Part shown: positions 24,001-36,200 of the stretch, one piece after another | How positions within the stretch are numbered: position 1 is the stretch's first letter | Layout of the letters: each line of letters opens with the position of its first letter | Source: Nemertoderma westbladi | Taxonomy: Eukaryota > Animalia > Xenacoelomorpha | Direction of reading: 5' to 3' | NCBI GenBank assembly: GCA_032718475.1 | Contig: JAUCBJ010004255.1 | Span: 1-48,648, forward strand | DNA: 48,648 bases | Translations under genes and position numbers: made by a program | Notes under the pieces: generated by a model | Database searches by the model: none | What the model was told of the DNA's origin: nothing | What the model saw: the letters and a program-made list of their open reading frames with translations, nothing else

Positions 24001-27000
24001 ATAACGTTAACCCGCTATTTGGGTGTGTAATTTATTGACAATAACATTAACCCGCTATTTGGGTGTAATTTATTGACAATAACATTAACCCGCTACTTGG
24101 GTGTAATTTATTGACAATAACATTACCCCGTTATTTGGGTGTGTAATTTATTGACAATAACATTAACCCGCTATTTGGGTGTGTAATTTATTGACAATAA
24201 CATTAACCCGCTATTTGTGTGTGTAATATATTGACAATAACATTAACCCGCTATTTGGGTGTGTAATTTATTGACAATAACATTAACCCGCTATTTGGGT
24301 GTAATTTATTGACAATAACATTAACCCGCTACTTGGGTGTAATTTATTGACAATAACATTACCCCGCTATTTGGGTGTGTAATTTATTGACAATAACATT
24401 AACCCGCTATTTGGGTGTGTAATTTATTGACAATAACATTAACCCGCTATTTGGGTGTGTAATATATTGACAATAACATTAACCCGCTATTTGGGTGTGT
24501 AATTTATTGACAATAACATTAACCCGCTATTTGGGTGTAATTTATTGACAATAACATTAACCCGCTATTTGGGTGTGTAATATATTGACAATAACATTAA
24601 CCCGCTATTTGGGTGTGTAATTTATTGACAATAACATTAACCCGCTATTTGGGTGTGTAATATATTGACAATAACATTAACCGCTATTTGGGTGTGTAAT
24701 TTATTGACAATAACATTAACCCGCTGTTTGGGTGTAATTTATTGACAATAACATTAACCCGCTACTTGGGTGTAATTTATTGACAATAACATTAACCCGC
24801 TATTTGGGTGTGTAATTTATTGACAATAACATTAACCCGCTATTTGGGTGTGTAATATATTGACAATAACATTAACCCGCTATTTGGGTGTGTAATTTAT
24901 TGACAATAACATTAACCCGCTATTTGGGTGTAATTTATTGACAATAACATTAACCCGCTATTTGGGTGTGTAATATATTGACAATAACATTAACCCGCTA
25001 TTTGGGTGTGTAATTTATTGACAATAACATTAACCCGCTATTTGGGTGTGTAATTGACAATAACATTAACCCGCTATTGGGGTGTTTAATTTATTGACAA
25101 TAACATTAACCCGCTATTTGGGTGTAATTTATTGACAATAACATTAACCCGCTACTTGGGTGTAATTTATTGACAATAACATTACCCCGCTATTTGGGTG
25201 TGTAATTTATTGACAATAACATTAACCCGCTATTTGGGTGTGTAATTTATTGACAATAACATTAACCCGCTATTTGGGTGTGTAATATATTGACAATAAC
25301 ATTAACCCTCTATTTGGGTGTGTAATTTATTGACAATAACATTAACCCGCTATTTGGGTGTAACATTAACCCGCTATTTGGGTGTGTAATATATTGACAA
25401 TAACGTTAACCCGCTATTTGGGTGTGTAATTTATTGACAATAACATTAACCCGCTATTTGGGTGTAATTTATTGACAATAACATTAACCCGCTACTTGGG
25501 TGTAATTTATTGACAATAACATTACCCCGTTATTTGGGTGTGTAATTTATTGACAATAACATTAACCCGCTATTTGGGTGTGTAATTTATTGACAATAAC
25601 ATTAACCCGCTATTTGTGTGTGTAATATATTGACAATAACATTAACCCGCTATTTGGGTGTGTAATTTATTGACAATAACATTAACCCGCTATTTGGGTG
25701 TAATTTATTGACAATAACATTAACCCGCTACTTGGGTGTAATTTATTGACAATAACATTACCCCGCTATTTGGGTGTGTAATTTATTGACAATAACATTA
25801 ACCCGCTATTTGGGTGTGTAATTTATTGACAATAACATTAACCCGCTATTTGGGTGTGTAATATATTGACAATAACATTAACCCGCTATTTGGGTGTGTA
25901 ATTTATTGACAATAACATTAACCCGCTATTTGGGTGTAATTTATTGACAATAACATTAACCCGCTATTTGGGTGTGTAATATATTGACAATAACATTAAC
26001 CCGCTATTTGGGTGTGTAATTTATTGACAATAACATTAACCCGCTATTTGGGTGTGTAATATATTGACAATAACATTAACCGCTATTTGGGTGTGTAATT
26101 TATTGACAATAACATTAACCCGCTGTTTGGGTGTAATTTATTGACAATAACATTAACCCGCTACTTGGGTGTAATTTATTGACAATAACATTAACCCGCT
26201 ATTTGGGTGTGTAATTTATTGACAATAACATTAACCCGCTATTTGGGTGTGTAATATATTGACAATAACATTAACCCGCTATTTGGGTGTGTAATTTATT
26301 GACAATAACATTAACCCGCTATTTGGGTGTAATTTATTGACAATAACATTAACCCGCTATTTGGGTGTGTAATATATTGACAATAACATTAACCCGCTAT
26401 TTGGGTGTGTAATTTATTGACAATAACATTAACCCGCTATTTGGGTGTGTAATTGACAATAACATTAACCCGCTATTGGGGTGTTTAATTTATTGACAAT
26501 AACATTAACCCGCTATTTGGGTGTAATTTATTGACAATAACATTAACCCGCTACTTGGGTGTAATTTATTGACAATAACATTACCCCGCTATTTGGGTGT
26601 GTAATTTATTGACAATAACATTAACCCGCTATTTGGGTGTGTAATTTATTGACAATAACATTAACCCGCTATTTGGGTGTGTAATATATTGACAATAACA
26701 TTAACCCGCTATTTGGGTGTGTAATTTATTGACAATAACATTAACCCGCTATTTGGGTGTAACATTAACCCGCTATTTGGGTGTGTAATATATTGACAAT
26801 AACATTAACCCGCTATTTGGGTGTGTAATTTATTGACAATAACATTAACCCGCTATTTGGGTGTGTAATATATTGACAATAACGTTAACCCGCTATTTGG
26901 GTGTGTAATTTATTGACAATAACATTAACCCGCTATTTGGGTGTAATTTATTGACAATAACATTAACCCGCTACTTGGGTGTAATTTATTGACAATAACA

Positions 27001-27450
27001 TTACCCCGTTATTTGGGTGTGTAATTTATTGACAATAACATTAACCCGCTATTTGGGTGTGTAATTTATTGACAATAACATTAACCCGCTATTTGGGTGT
27101 GTAATTTATTGACAATAACATTAACCCGCTATTTGGGTGTGTAATTTATTGACAATAACATTAACCCGCTATTTGGGTGTGTAATATATTGACAATAACA
27201 TTAACCCGCTATTTGGGTGTGTAATTTATTGACAATAACATTAACCCGCTATTTGGGTGTGTAATTTATTGACAATAACATTAATTAACCCACCAATTTG
27301 GCTTGGGTGTAATTTATTGACAATAACATTTTACCCCGCCCAATTGTTATTTAATTTATTGACAATAAGTGGGTGATCAATTATTTATTAACAATAATAT
27401 TGACCCTCCATGTGGGTGTGTAGTTTACTTTATTGACAATAACATTAAGG
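15100..27450. repeat. ~12-kb satellite of 40/38-bp units
   Basis: Unit aatttattgacaataacattaacccgctatttgggtgt(gt), roughly 300 copies, homogeneous core with degenerate edges (15100-15250, 27280-27450). Confidence 0.97.
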
Positions 27451-27760
27451 GTACATGGTACACTGCCTATTTCCTCAATAAACGTAAGTCACACAAAGGT
27501 TTTTTGGATGAACCGCTCAATGAATTGAATGAAATTTGAAACTCGGATAGAGACAAATACTCGGACAAATGTTAAACCTAAAAAAATTCCGAAAAAAATA
27601 ATTTCCGTCAAAAATAAGACCTTTTAAAATTACTTGTATTTTTCAAAAAAATAATTATATAAATCATAAAAAACATCAAGCCGACAAATCTGAAATGTTT
27701 GACGGACAGAAAAACCGATCCGCTAATGAACTAACTTAATAAAACTAATCCGTTAATTAA
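27445..27760. mobile_element. Possible DNA-transposon fragment inserted at a TTAA in the satellite edge
   Basis: The satellite breaks at aacattaa|gggtacatggtacac and a degenerate unit reappears at ~27760-27800. A second terminal repeat was not found. Confidence 0.3.
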
Positions 27761-28907
27761 GTGTGTAATTAATTGATAATAACACTTTAACCGGCCAAGT
27801 TGGTTAGAGACAGGGGGGTGGGGGCTAATTAATGTTCTGCATTTAAGATGAGTCTGTGATTGTGTATTGGTTGATTGTGTAACTTATTGTTTATATGTAT
27901 CGCTCCTTTGTATTTGTTGACATAATATTTGTATGTTTGTTTCATTATAATATATTTTTTTGATCATCACATCACGAAACCATTATTCATACATTGAATA
28001 AATGAATAACTTACAGTTTACTATCCTTATTTTCTAATTAATTTTTTCGAATTTCTTTCATTAATAATAATACTAATTTCCAATTCCCGACCAAATTATT
28101 TACCCAAAACAACCGACTTCATAAGTTGGTATGATGGAAGATCATTGGTATGAGTCACCTTGGGTTTAGGTTTAATACTAGCACAACGCCCCAATATTTT
28201 TTAGGCCTTATCGGAAATCGGCAATTTACTAACACTAAGACAAAACAAAGTTTATAAAACGATTACATTAATGGGCTTCCTCTAGAGTTTACACTGGAGC
28301 TAAACCTTCTTGGTCAAACAACTTTTATCGAAGAGATCCTTGCGATATCCTAAAACATCTACGAGACACCCACCGCTTAGTGTGGCTACCGATCTTCAGC
28401 TACTTAAGAGACTCCGACATCGACACTGTCCCGAGTACAGTTTATTGAGGTAGAACCTCATTCCTCCTAGTATCCAACCACTGCAAATATTCTGTCACCC
28501 AAATATCATCTCAAGGCGAATTAATATATTTCCTCAATGTTAAATATCAATTAAGGGAAAGGATCAGGTAACATACAGTTTTATTTGTGGGAGTAATCAG
28601 CTGTTAGGGGAATTAATTTAGATTGCGTCGTATGTCTCTGGTCCGCCCCCCACTGTCTGTTCTCTCCAGCCCCCCACCCCTGTCCATCTATTTTAATGTC
28701 ATCATTGCCATTGACGGTATATTCCAATTTTTACCCCATATTGTTATAAATAACAGTGCACTTCTTTTTAATTTATTAAATTAATGTTGAATTGATGTCC
28801 AATTATATATAGGTGAGTTGACTAAAATACTTTGGGTCCCTAACTTAACTACTAATGAACATTCAGACGTTCCATTTTCAGATATTCATATAAATTGCAA
28901 ATAAATA

Positions 28908-29489
28908 TTATATTTTGAAACAATTAAGTTTATCTAGGAAATCGTTCAGTGCCACTTTGTATTCTTCTGGGTGGCAGTGTAGATGGCTTACGTGTTTGGA
29001 TTTATCCCACGCTTTCATGTAGACGTTTTCCTTTCCTCTGGACTCCCCTATGACTTTCGCCAACCTCTCTATGACGTCGGCGTCTCCCAGTGCGTCGTCC
29101 CTGCAGTACATGAACATGAATGGCCCCGCGGTGGGGTTCCCTCCCCAGAACTGGTCCTCGGCAGTCTGTATGTAGTCGGCCACCGCCTGTTTGCGCATCT
29201 TTAAGTACATATCTATGGAGAATTGCGATAGAAGCCTGGCGGTTTGCGTGGGAATCCCGATCGCTTGGGGGATCCCCGGGGCCGCGCACCGCAGACCGGG
29301 GGTAGAACTATCGTGGACCTCGCCCTGGAAGCGGCTGATTGTATCGGGGTGTTTGTTGTTCAGCCAATGGACGAGCCACGCGTAGGTGAGGATACCCGCC
29401 GAGAAAGTGTGCGAAATCAACGGCCTGTCCCGATTGGTTGGTTCGTGGATGAATGACGTCACTTTGTCTGACAACTGGCGGAAGCTATC
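28908..29489 (-). CDS. TMEM53: TMEM53/DUF829-family protein, coding exon 2 (terminal)
   Basis: Acceptor actaatcacag|GAT in phase 0 with exon 1. Motifs HTFSAG, GEVHDS, FMYCRDD and SKHVSHLHCHPEEY correspond to DUF829 HxFSxGG, IFDS, YSxxD and SxHVxHxxxHPxEY. The spliced product is 287 aa. Confidence 0.85.
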   Translation of the reverse strand, partial: DSFRQLSDKVTSFIHEPTNRDRPLISHTFSAGILTYAWLVHWLNNKHPDTISRFQGEVHDSSTPGLRCAAPGIPQAIGIPTQTARLLSQFSIDMYLKMRKQAVADYIQTAEDQFWGGNPTAGPFMFMYCRDDALGDADVIERLAKVIGESRGKENVYMKAWDKSKHVSHLHCHPEEYKVALNDFLDKLNCFKI

Positions 29490-29964
29490 CTGTGATTAGT
29501 TAAATAAAACAACCGGTTAATAAATCGTAACGGATTGTTTTAATTGGTTCAATTTAATCCGTAACTCGAGATCACGTGGATTATATTTGATATAAATTAC
29601 TTGAATCAGATTTTTATCTTTTGGTTTTCGTCTCATTATTTGTTTGTTCTGTTCTATTAGATGACTGATTGTTTATCATTTACTTTCCGACAGGAACCGT
29701 ATTACTACTACTAGGTAGAGCGAGCTCGGACATGGTGGTTTGTTAATTTCCACATTATTATTGTGAGGGTAAAATCTTAATCTCCGTGCAACGAATCAAG
29801 CACAGTATCGGAGCAAGTGAAGTGAAATACAATAACACTGACATCGAACCAATCCAATATTTACAATAATTGTATAGGCCTAATAATAATTATTTGTATT
29901 AAAACATAAAACACATTGCGTGGTATTTCCTTGTTCGACTGCTGCGTGTACAACTGCTATCGGA

Positions 29965-30030
29965 ATGATTACTGATTAGAGCGCCAGACTTACAACGTGT
30001 AGGTCACCAGTTCGATCCCACCTGGGTGTC
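29965..30030 (+). mobile_element. tRNA-derived SINE fragment in the TMEM53 intron
   Basis: gattagagcgccagacttacaac...ggtcaccagttcgatcccacctgg, similar to 9602-9642. Confidence 0.45.
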
Positions 30031-30116
30031 AAAGCCTAATTGCGTTAATTGGTGGCAGCTGGACTATAGGCCTACCACCTAACAGTCAGTACACGACAAG
30101 CATAGTTTATACAAAC

Positions 30117-30398
30117 CTTGTTAGATAGTATATGCTTCGCTCGTAGCTTTATAGTAAGTACATTACATTCTCTCTCGGTGTAAAATTCTGCGTATTTATT
30201 AACATGTGGCTGTTTAGCAGTTAACCAGGAATACATTAGTACCAGTGGTCGGTTGTTCTTCGCTTCATTGTGTTCTAACAACAACAGGTCCCTGTCGAGT
30301 CTGCATGTAGTCACCTGATTGGTTGATTTCGCCGAGGGGAGGCGTGCAGTTGCGGTAGGTTTGATATCCGCAAACGAAAATACTCGCGATTTCAGCAT
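30117..30398 (-). CDS. TMEM53: TMEM53/DUF829-family protein, coding exon 1
   Basis: ATG at 30398, 94 codons, motif RPLVLMYSWLTAKQPHVNKYAEFY resembling the DUF829 PxVxLxGWxGxxxKHLxKYxxxY segment. Donor AAG|gtttgt, phase 0. Confidence 0.82.
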
Positions 30399-31656
30399 GA
30401 TTTTATTTATTTAGTTACAGTTACAGATAATTAAATGTCTAGACTGTCTTCCTGCAGTATCATCAGCCAGACTTTTAAAAGGTGTGTGTGTGTTGGGTAG
30501 GCCTACCATACGCATACTGTATCATACTGCATATACACTGTAGGTACCGTAACAAATAAACTAAAAACATTTTACCGGTAGGCCGGTAGGTACATTTGAA
30601 AACTGAAAGAATTGTGTCTTGCAACGTCTGTTGGTACCGGTAGATGATATTAGTGCTTTTGCTTATATAATATTTTATTTTAATGGATTACGCCCTGAAA
30701 AGGTACGGCTGCGCTGCCCTACTGTAAATATAAGCAATAAACAAGAATATATAATACTGACACGACACCGCACTGGAACTTTAAATTGAGGAATTATAGA
30801 TATTAATTTAAATTAATAATTTACTTACAATAGCAATAGCAAACCGCTAAGACAATATACTACAGGTGCAGGGTCTTTATTACGTCACGGTACGAAATTA
30901 ATTCAAGAGGAAATCTCAAAATCCAATGAATTATTGTTTCCTCTTCATTTATATTTAAATGATTAAATTTCAGTATTTAATTCCGTTTCGCCATGAAATA
31001 CAATAAACTTCAAATTTAGTCTAGCCTCATGCCTACAGCTAAACAGTGAACAAGCTATAGGATACGCTACCACCACAAAAGTTGCACTGCTACATAGATA
31101 ATATACAATTTTGTTCATTATTCCAGTATATGTATTAAGTAGTAGCGTACGTGTACAAAAGTAGATTGTCATTTTATGAAGATGTACTGGTAAGTAGATA
31201 GATGTAGGCGAGTGTTACTGACGAATATCCCACATTGTGAAATATTTTATTTATAAGGTCAAGAACCTACAAAAGTGGGGTGATGTTGTGGAGTTTCCTC
31301 GCTCCCTCTGCCTTCCCCCTCCATTTTGTATAACCAGGCACGGCATTAATAGGGAATCCTCACAGCTATTGGTTGAAAAAATACATTGTCCTACTATTGG
31401 TTGTTCTAACATCAGGCCAGATAATGTGCTGCTATTGGTTGTTGTATGTTCATCAGGCCATATGGAGGGGAGGGTATCAGTACTCTCAGTTCATAAGAAT
31501 GTATAATATGTTTCCTTCACAGTTAAACGTAGATGGATGGCTCTTTAACTTATCTGATCTTTGGTATTTTCTTATTGACAAAATGCTGGGTCAAGTAGTA
31601 AGCACTCGTACTGTAGAAACGATATATCAATACAAATAAACAATTGAACGATAGAT

Positions 31657-31798
31657 AAATTCCGGCTTCATGGTAACAACCACTGTGAGTTGAAGTTGTG
31701 TTTCAAATACAAGCAATATGATAAAGATTTGTAGAAAAATCTGGGGGGGGGGGGTCCTTGTCATCAGAAAATGACACTATATTACGGGACATGGTGTA
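31657..31798 (+). repeat. Dispersed copy of the right end of the 633-1297 element
   Basis: aaattccggcttcatggtaacaaccac...aaaaatctggggggg...atgacacta...catggtgta is shared with 1154-1297. Confidence 0.85.
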
Positions 31799-32212
31799 TT
31801 AATATCCAAGTCTATTTATTAAAATGTTTACAGGACCATATAAGCTATAAGATTAGGGATTTATTATAATACACAAATACAGGGTAACATTAATTCCGAT
31901 CTCTTAAAGAAGCAAATTTTACAGAATCCTCGCATAATATAATATTATAATGTAATATAATGTCAATTAGGTAGGTCAATCAAGCACTTTAAGAGAAAAC
32001 CCAACATCGTCTAGCCATGATGTTGGCCTTACCATCTCGTTCACGTCCGCCGTAGATGACGAGTGTGAACGAGATATGGTAATGAAACGAAGATAGTCAT
32101 ACGCAGTAACCGGACGGGGCCCTAGGGGCTTCATAAATATTAGATGATTAACATAATAATATTTATGTGCAACGCAATAAACTGACCAACTTCTTTCCAT
32201 TGTGTCCCACAG

Positions 32213-32414
32213 TGAACCTCCCACCGACGCTAGCCAAGTCACAGGTTCTCAGTGTAAGGAAACACGTAAAGATACAGTTGAGCCAACTATTACGTCATCC
32301 CGCTTCCGTAGATCTTCAACCTCGCATAGTAACGTTGCTCACAGACCTGGGAGCCACAACATCGGAGATCAATAAATGTGTGGCCAAGTTACCCGAAGGG
32401 CTCAAACGAATACG
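32213..32414 (+). CDS. SYMPK: Symplekin exon
   Basis: Acceptor tgtcccacag|TG completes GTG with the phase-1 G of the previous exon. [46 protein letters not shown] matches [46 protein letters not shown]. Donor CG|gtgagt. Confidence 0.95.
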
Positions 32415-32644
32415 GTGAGTAATTTTGGTTATTCCCGCGTTTTCTTAATAAATTTTTGTGATGTTTTTTTAATATCGCGTTGGGATATGGCCGTGACCGA
32501 ATCTACCATATAAAATTCAAATATATACCTTGCTGTAAACCCATGGTGTTCGAAGGCGTTACACGATTGGGTAACAATTAGTTGGGTCGTTAGTCGATGA
32601 ATCAGTAGTTTTATCTGCAGTCTGTGTAACTAGACCGCTGTGGC

Positions 32645-33050
32645 TGATATAACTCACTCTTGAAATGACTCCCCAGTCATCTCAGCCTAGGCTGAGAACA
32701 CTCCTCAGTCGTATCAGCCTAGGCTGAAAACATTCCTCAGTCTAGTCTTAAATCACTCTCCAGTTATCGCAGCCTAGGCTGAGAAAACTCCCCTTACGCT
32801 GAGATGACTCCCCTAATTGAGTTATAGTTCATATCCATACCTGTGTTACTTTCGTAAATTGCAAAAATAAAACTGTAGCCTATATTATTGAGATATCGTT
32901 TATTGTTTTGGTTAGAAAAGTCCGCCACTGTGACCTGCTCCTTTCCGTTAATTAAGAAATCTAGGGAGAAAACTTGGGAGTGTTCTCAGCCTAGTCTGAG
33001 AAGACTGGGGAGTCATATTTGGTGGGGAGTTATCTAAGCCTGTTACACCG
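32645..33050. mobile_element. Inverted-repeat element with repeated CTCAGCCTAGGCTGAG palindromes
   Basis: atgactccccagtcatctcagcctaggctgagaacactcc (~32665-32704) is the reverse complement of ~32977-33017. The palindrome is repeated three times in the left arm. Confidence 0.6.
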
Positions 33051-33090
33051 CCTGTATCAGCTTCAACTGAAGTTATACCTATATATTTAG

Positions 33091-33292
33091 ACTGGATAAG
33101 GTTGAAGAAATTCGTCCAATCAAAAAAATTCGGCGAAACGATGCGGCAGTTGAAGACGAGGAAGAAGAAGAAGACGATGCGGCTTTCACTTCCAAGAGGG
33201 CAAAGTCCTTATCGACTATCGCTATCGATGTGACGGCGAGGCATTTATTTCTAGACATCGAGAACGTAGCGAACGTAGTGTTACTGAGTATG
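33091..33292 (+). CDS. SYMPK: Symplekin exon (basic/acidic linker; source of the downstream satellite unit)
   Basis: Acceptor tatatttag|A (phase 2). LDKVEEIRPIKKIRRNDAAVEDEEEEEDD...IDVTARHLFLDIENVANVVLLSM ends like human [24 protein letters not shown]. Donor ATG|gtgagt, phase 0. Confidence 0.92.
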
Positions 33293-36200
33293 GTGAGTCA
33301 ACATAGTGTTACTGAGTATGGTGAGTCAACATAGTGTTACTGAGTATGGTGAGTCAACATAGTGTTACTGAGTATGGTGAGTCAACGTAGTGCTACTGAG
33401 TATGGTGAGTCAACATAGCCAACGTAGTGTTACTGAGTATGGTGAGTCAACGTAGTGTTACTGAGTATGGTGAGTCAACATAGCCAACGTAGTGTTACTG
33501 AGTATGGTGAGTCAACATAGCCAACGTAGTGTTGCTGAGTATGGTGAGTCAACGTAGTGTTACTGAGTATGGTGAGTCAACGTAGTGTTACTGAGTATGG
33601 TGAGTCAACATAGCCAACGTAGTGTTACTGAGTATGGTGAGTCAACATAGCCAACGTAGTGTTGCTGAGTATGGTGAGTCAACGTAGTGTTACTGAGTAT
33701 GGTGAGTCAACATAGCCAACGTAGTGTTACTGAGTATGGTGAGTCAACGTAGTGCTACTGAGTATGGTGAGTCAACGTAGTGCTACTGAGTATGGTGAGT
33801 CAACGTAGTGCTACTGAGTATGGTGAGTCAACGTAGTGTTACTGAGTATGGTGAGTCAACATAGCCAACGTAGTGTTGCTGAGTATGGTGAGTCAACGTA
33901 GTGTTACTGAGTATGGTGAGTCAACATAGCCAACGTAGTGTTACTGAGTATGGTGAGTCAACGTAGTGCTACTGAGTATGGTGAGTCAACATAGCCAACG
34001 TAGTGTTACTGAGTATGGTGAGTCAACATAGCCAACGTAGTGCTACTGAGTATGGTGAGTCAACGTAGTGTTACTGAGTATGGTGAGTCAACGTAGTGCT
34101 ACTGAGTATGGTGAGTCAACATAGCCAACGTAGTGTTACTGAGTATGGTGAGTCAACATAGCCAACGTAGTGTTACTGAGTATGGTGAGTCAACATAGCC
34201 AACGTAGTGCTACTGAGTATGGTGAGTCAACGTAGTGTTACTGAGTATGGTGGGTCAACATAGCCAACGTAGTGTTACTGAGTATGGTGAGTCAACGTAG
34301 TGCTACTGAGTATGGTGAGTCAACGTATTGCTACTGGGTATGGTGAGTCAACATAGCCAACGTAGTGCTACTGAGTATGGTGAGTCAACGTAGTGTTACT
34401 GAGTATGGTGGGTCAACATAGCCGACGTAGTGTTACTGAGTATGGTGAGTCAACGTAGTGTTACTGAGTATGGTGAGTCAACATAGCCAACGTAGTGTTA
34501 CTGAGTATGGTGAGTCAACGTAGTGTTACTGAGTATGGTGAGTCAACATAGCCAACGTAGTGTTACTGAGTATGGTGAGTCAACGTAGTGCTACTGAGTA
34601 TGTTGAGTCAACATAGCCAACGTAGTGTTACTGAGTATGGTGAGTCAACGTAGTGTTACTGAGTATGGTGAGTCAACATAGCCAACGTAGTGTTACTGAG
34701 TATGGTGAGTCAACGTAGTGCTACTGAGTATGTTGAGTCAACATAGCCAACGTAGTGCTACTGAGTATGGTGAGTCAACGTAGTGTTACTGAGTATGGTG
34801 GGTCAACATAGCCAACGTAGTGTTACTGAGTATGGTGAGTCAACGTAGTGCTACTGAGTATGGTGAGTCAACATAGCCAACGTAGTGTTACTGAGTATGG
34901 TGAGTCAACGTAGTGTTACTGAGTATGGTGAGTCAACATAGCCAACGTAGTGTTACTGAGTATGGTGAGTCAACGTAGTGCTACTGAGTATGTTGAGTCA
35001 ACATAGCCAACGTAGTGCTACTGAGTATGGTGAGTCAACGTAGTGTTACTGAGTATGGTGGGTCAACATAGCCAACGTAGTGTTACTGAGTATGGTGAGT
35101 CAACGTAGTGCTACTGAGTATGGTGAGTCAACATAGCCAACGTAGTGTTACTGAGTATGGTGAGTCAACGTAGTGCTACTGAGTATGGTGAGTCAACATA
35201 GCCAACGTAGTGTTACTGAGTATGGTGAGTCAACGTAGTGCTACTGAGTATGGTGAGTCAACATAGCCAACGTAGTGTTACTGAGTATGGTGAGTCAACG
35301 TAGTGCTACTGAGTATGATGAGTCAACATAGCCAACGTAGTGTTACTGAGTATGGTGAGTCAACGTAGTGCTACTGAGTATGGTGAGTCAACATAGCCAA
35401 CGTATTGTTACTGAGTATGGTGAGTCAACGTAGTGCTACTGAGTATGGTGAGCCAACGAGTGCTACTGAGTATGGTGAGTCAACGTAGTGCTACTGAGTA
35501 TGGTGAGTCAACATAGCCAACGTAGTGTTACTGAGTATGGTGAGTCAACGTAGTGCTACTGAGTATGGTGAGTCAACGTAGTGCTACTGAGTATGGTGAG
35601 TCAACGTAGTGCTACTGAGCATGGTGAGTCAACGTAGTGCTACTGAGTATGATGAGTCAACGTAGTGCTACTGAGTATGGTGAGTCAACGTAGTGCTACT
35701 GAGTATGGTGAGTCAACATAGCCAACGTAGTGTTACTGAGTATGGTGAGTCAACGTAGTGCTACTGAGTATGGTGAGTCAACGTATTGCTACTGAGTATG
35801 GTGAGTCAACGTAGTGCTACTGAGCATGGTGAGTCAACGTAGTGCTACTGAGTGTGGTGAGTCAACATAGCCAACGTAGTGCTACTGAGTATGGTGAGTC
35901 AACATAGTGTTACTGAGTATGGTGAGTCAACATAGTGTTACTGAGTATGGTGAGTCAACGTAGTGCTACTGAGTATGGTGAGTCAACATAGCCAACGTAG
36001 TGTTACTGAGTATGGTGAGTCAACGTAGTGTTACTGAGTATGGTGAGTCAACATAGCCAACGTAGTGTTACTGAGTATGGTGAGTCAACATAGCCAACGT
36101 AGTGTTGCTGAGTATGGTGAGTCAACGTAGTGTTACTGAGTATGGTGAGTCAACATAGCCAACGTAGTGTTACTGAGTATGGTGAGTCAACGTAGTGCTA

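Noticed and set aside
15230-27290. CRISPR-like appearance (palindromic ~40-bp repeats), also considered for the other arrays
   Set aside because: Units are head-to-tail with no unique spacers, there are no cas genes, and the context is a spliceosomal eukaryotic gene.
29965-30030. tRNA gene (also considered at 2715 and 10489)
   Set aside because: B-box present but no complete cloverleaf or acceptor stem, so treated as SINE relics.
31237-31639. Two ~88-aa plus-strand ORFs
   Set aside because: Non-ATG starts, no motifs and no supporting splice structure.
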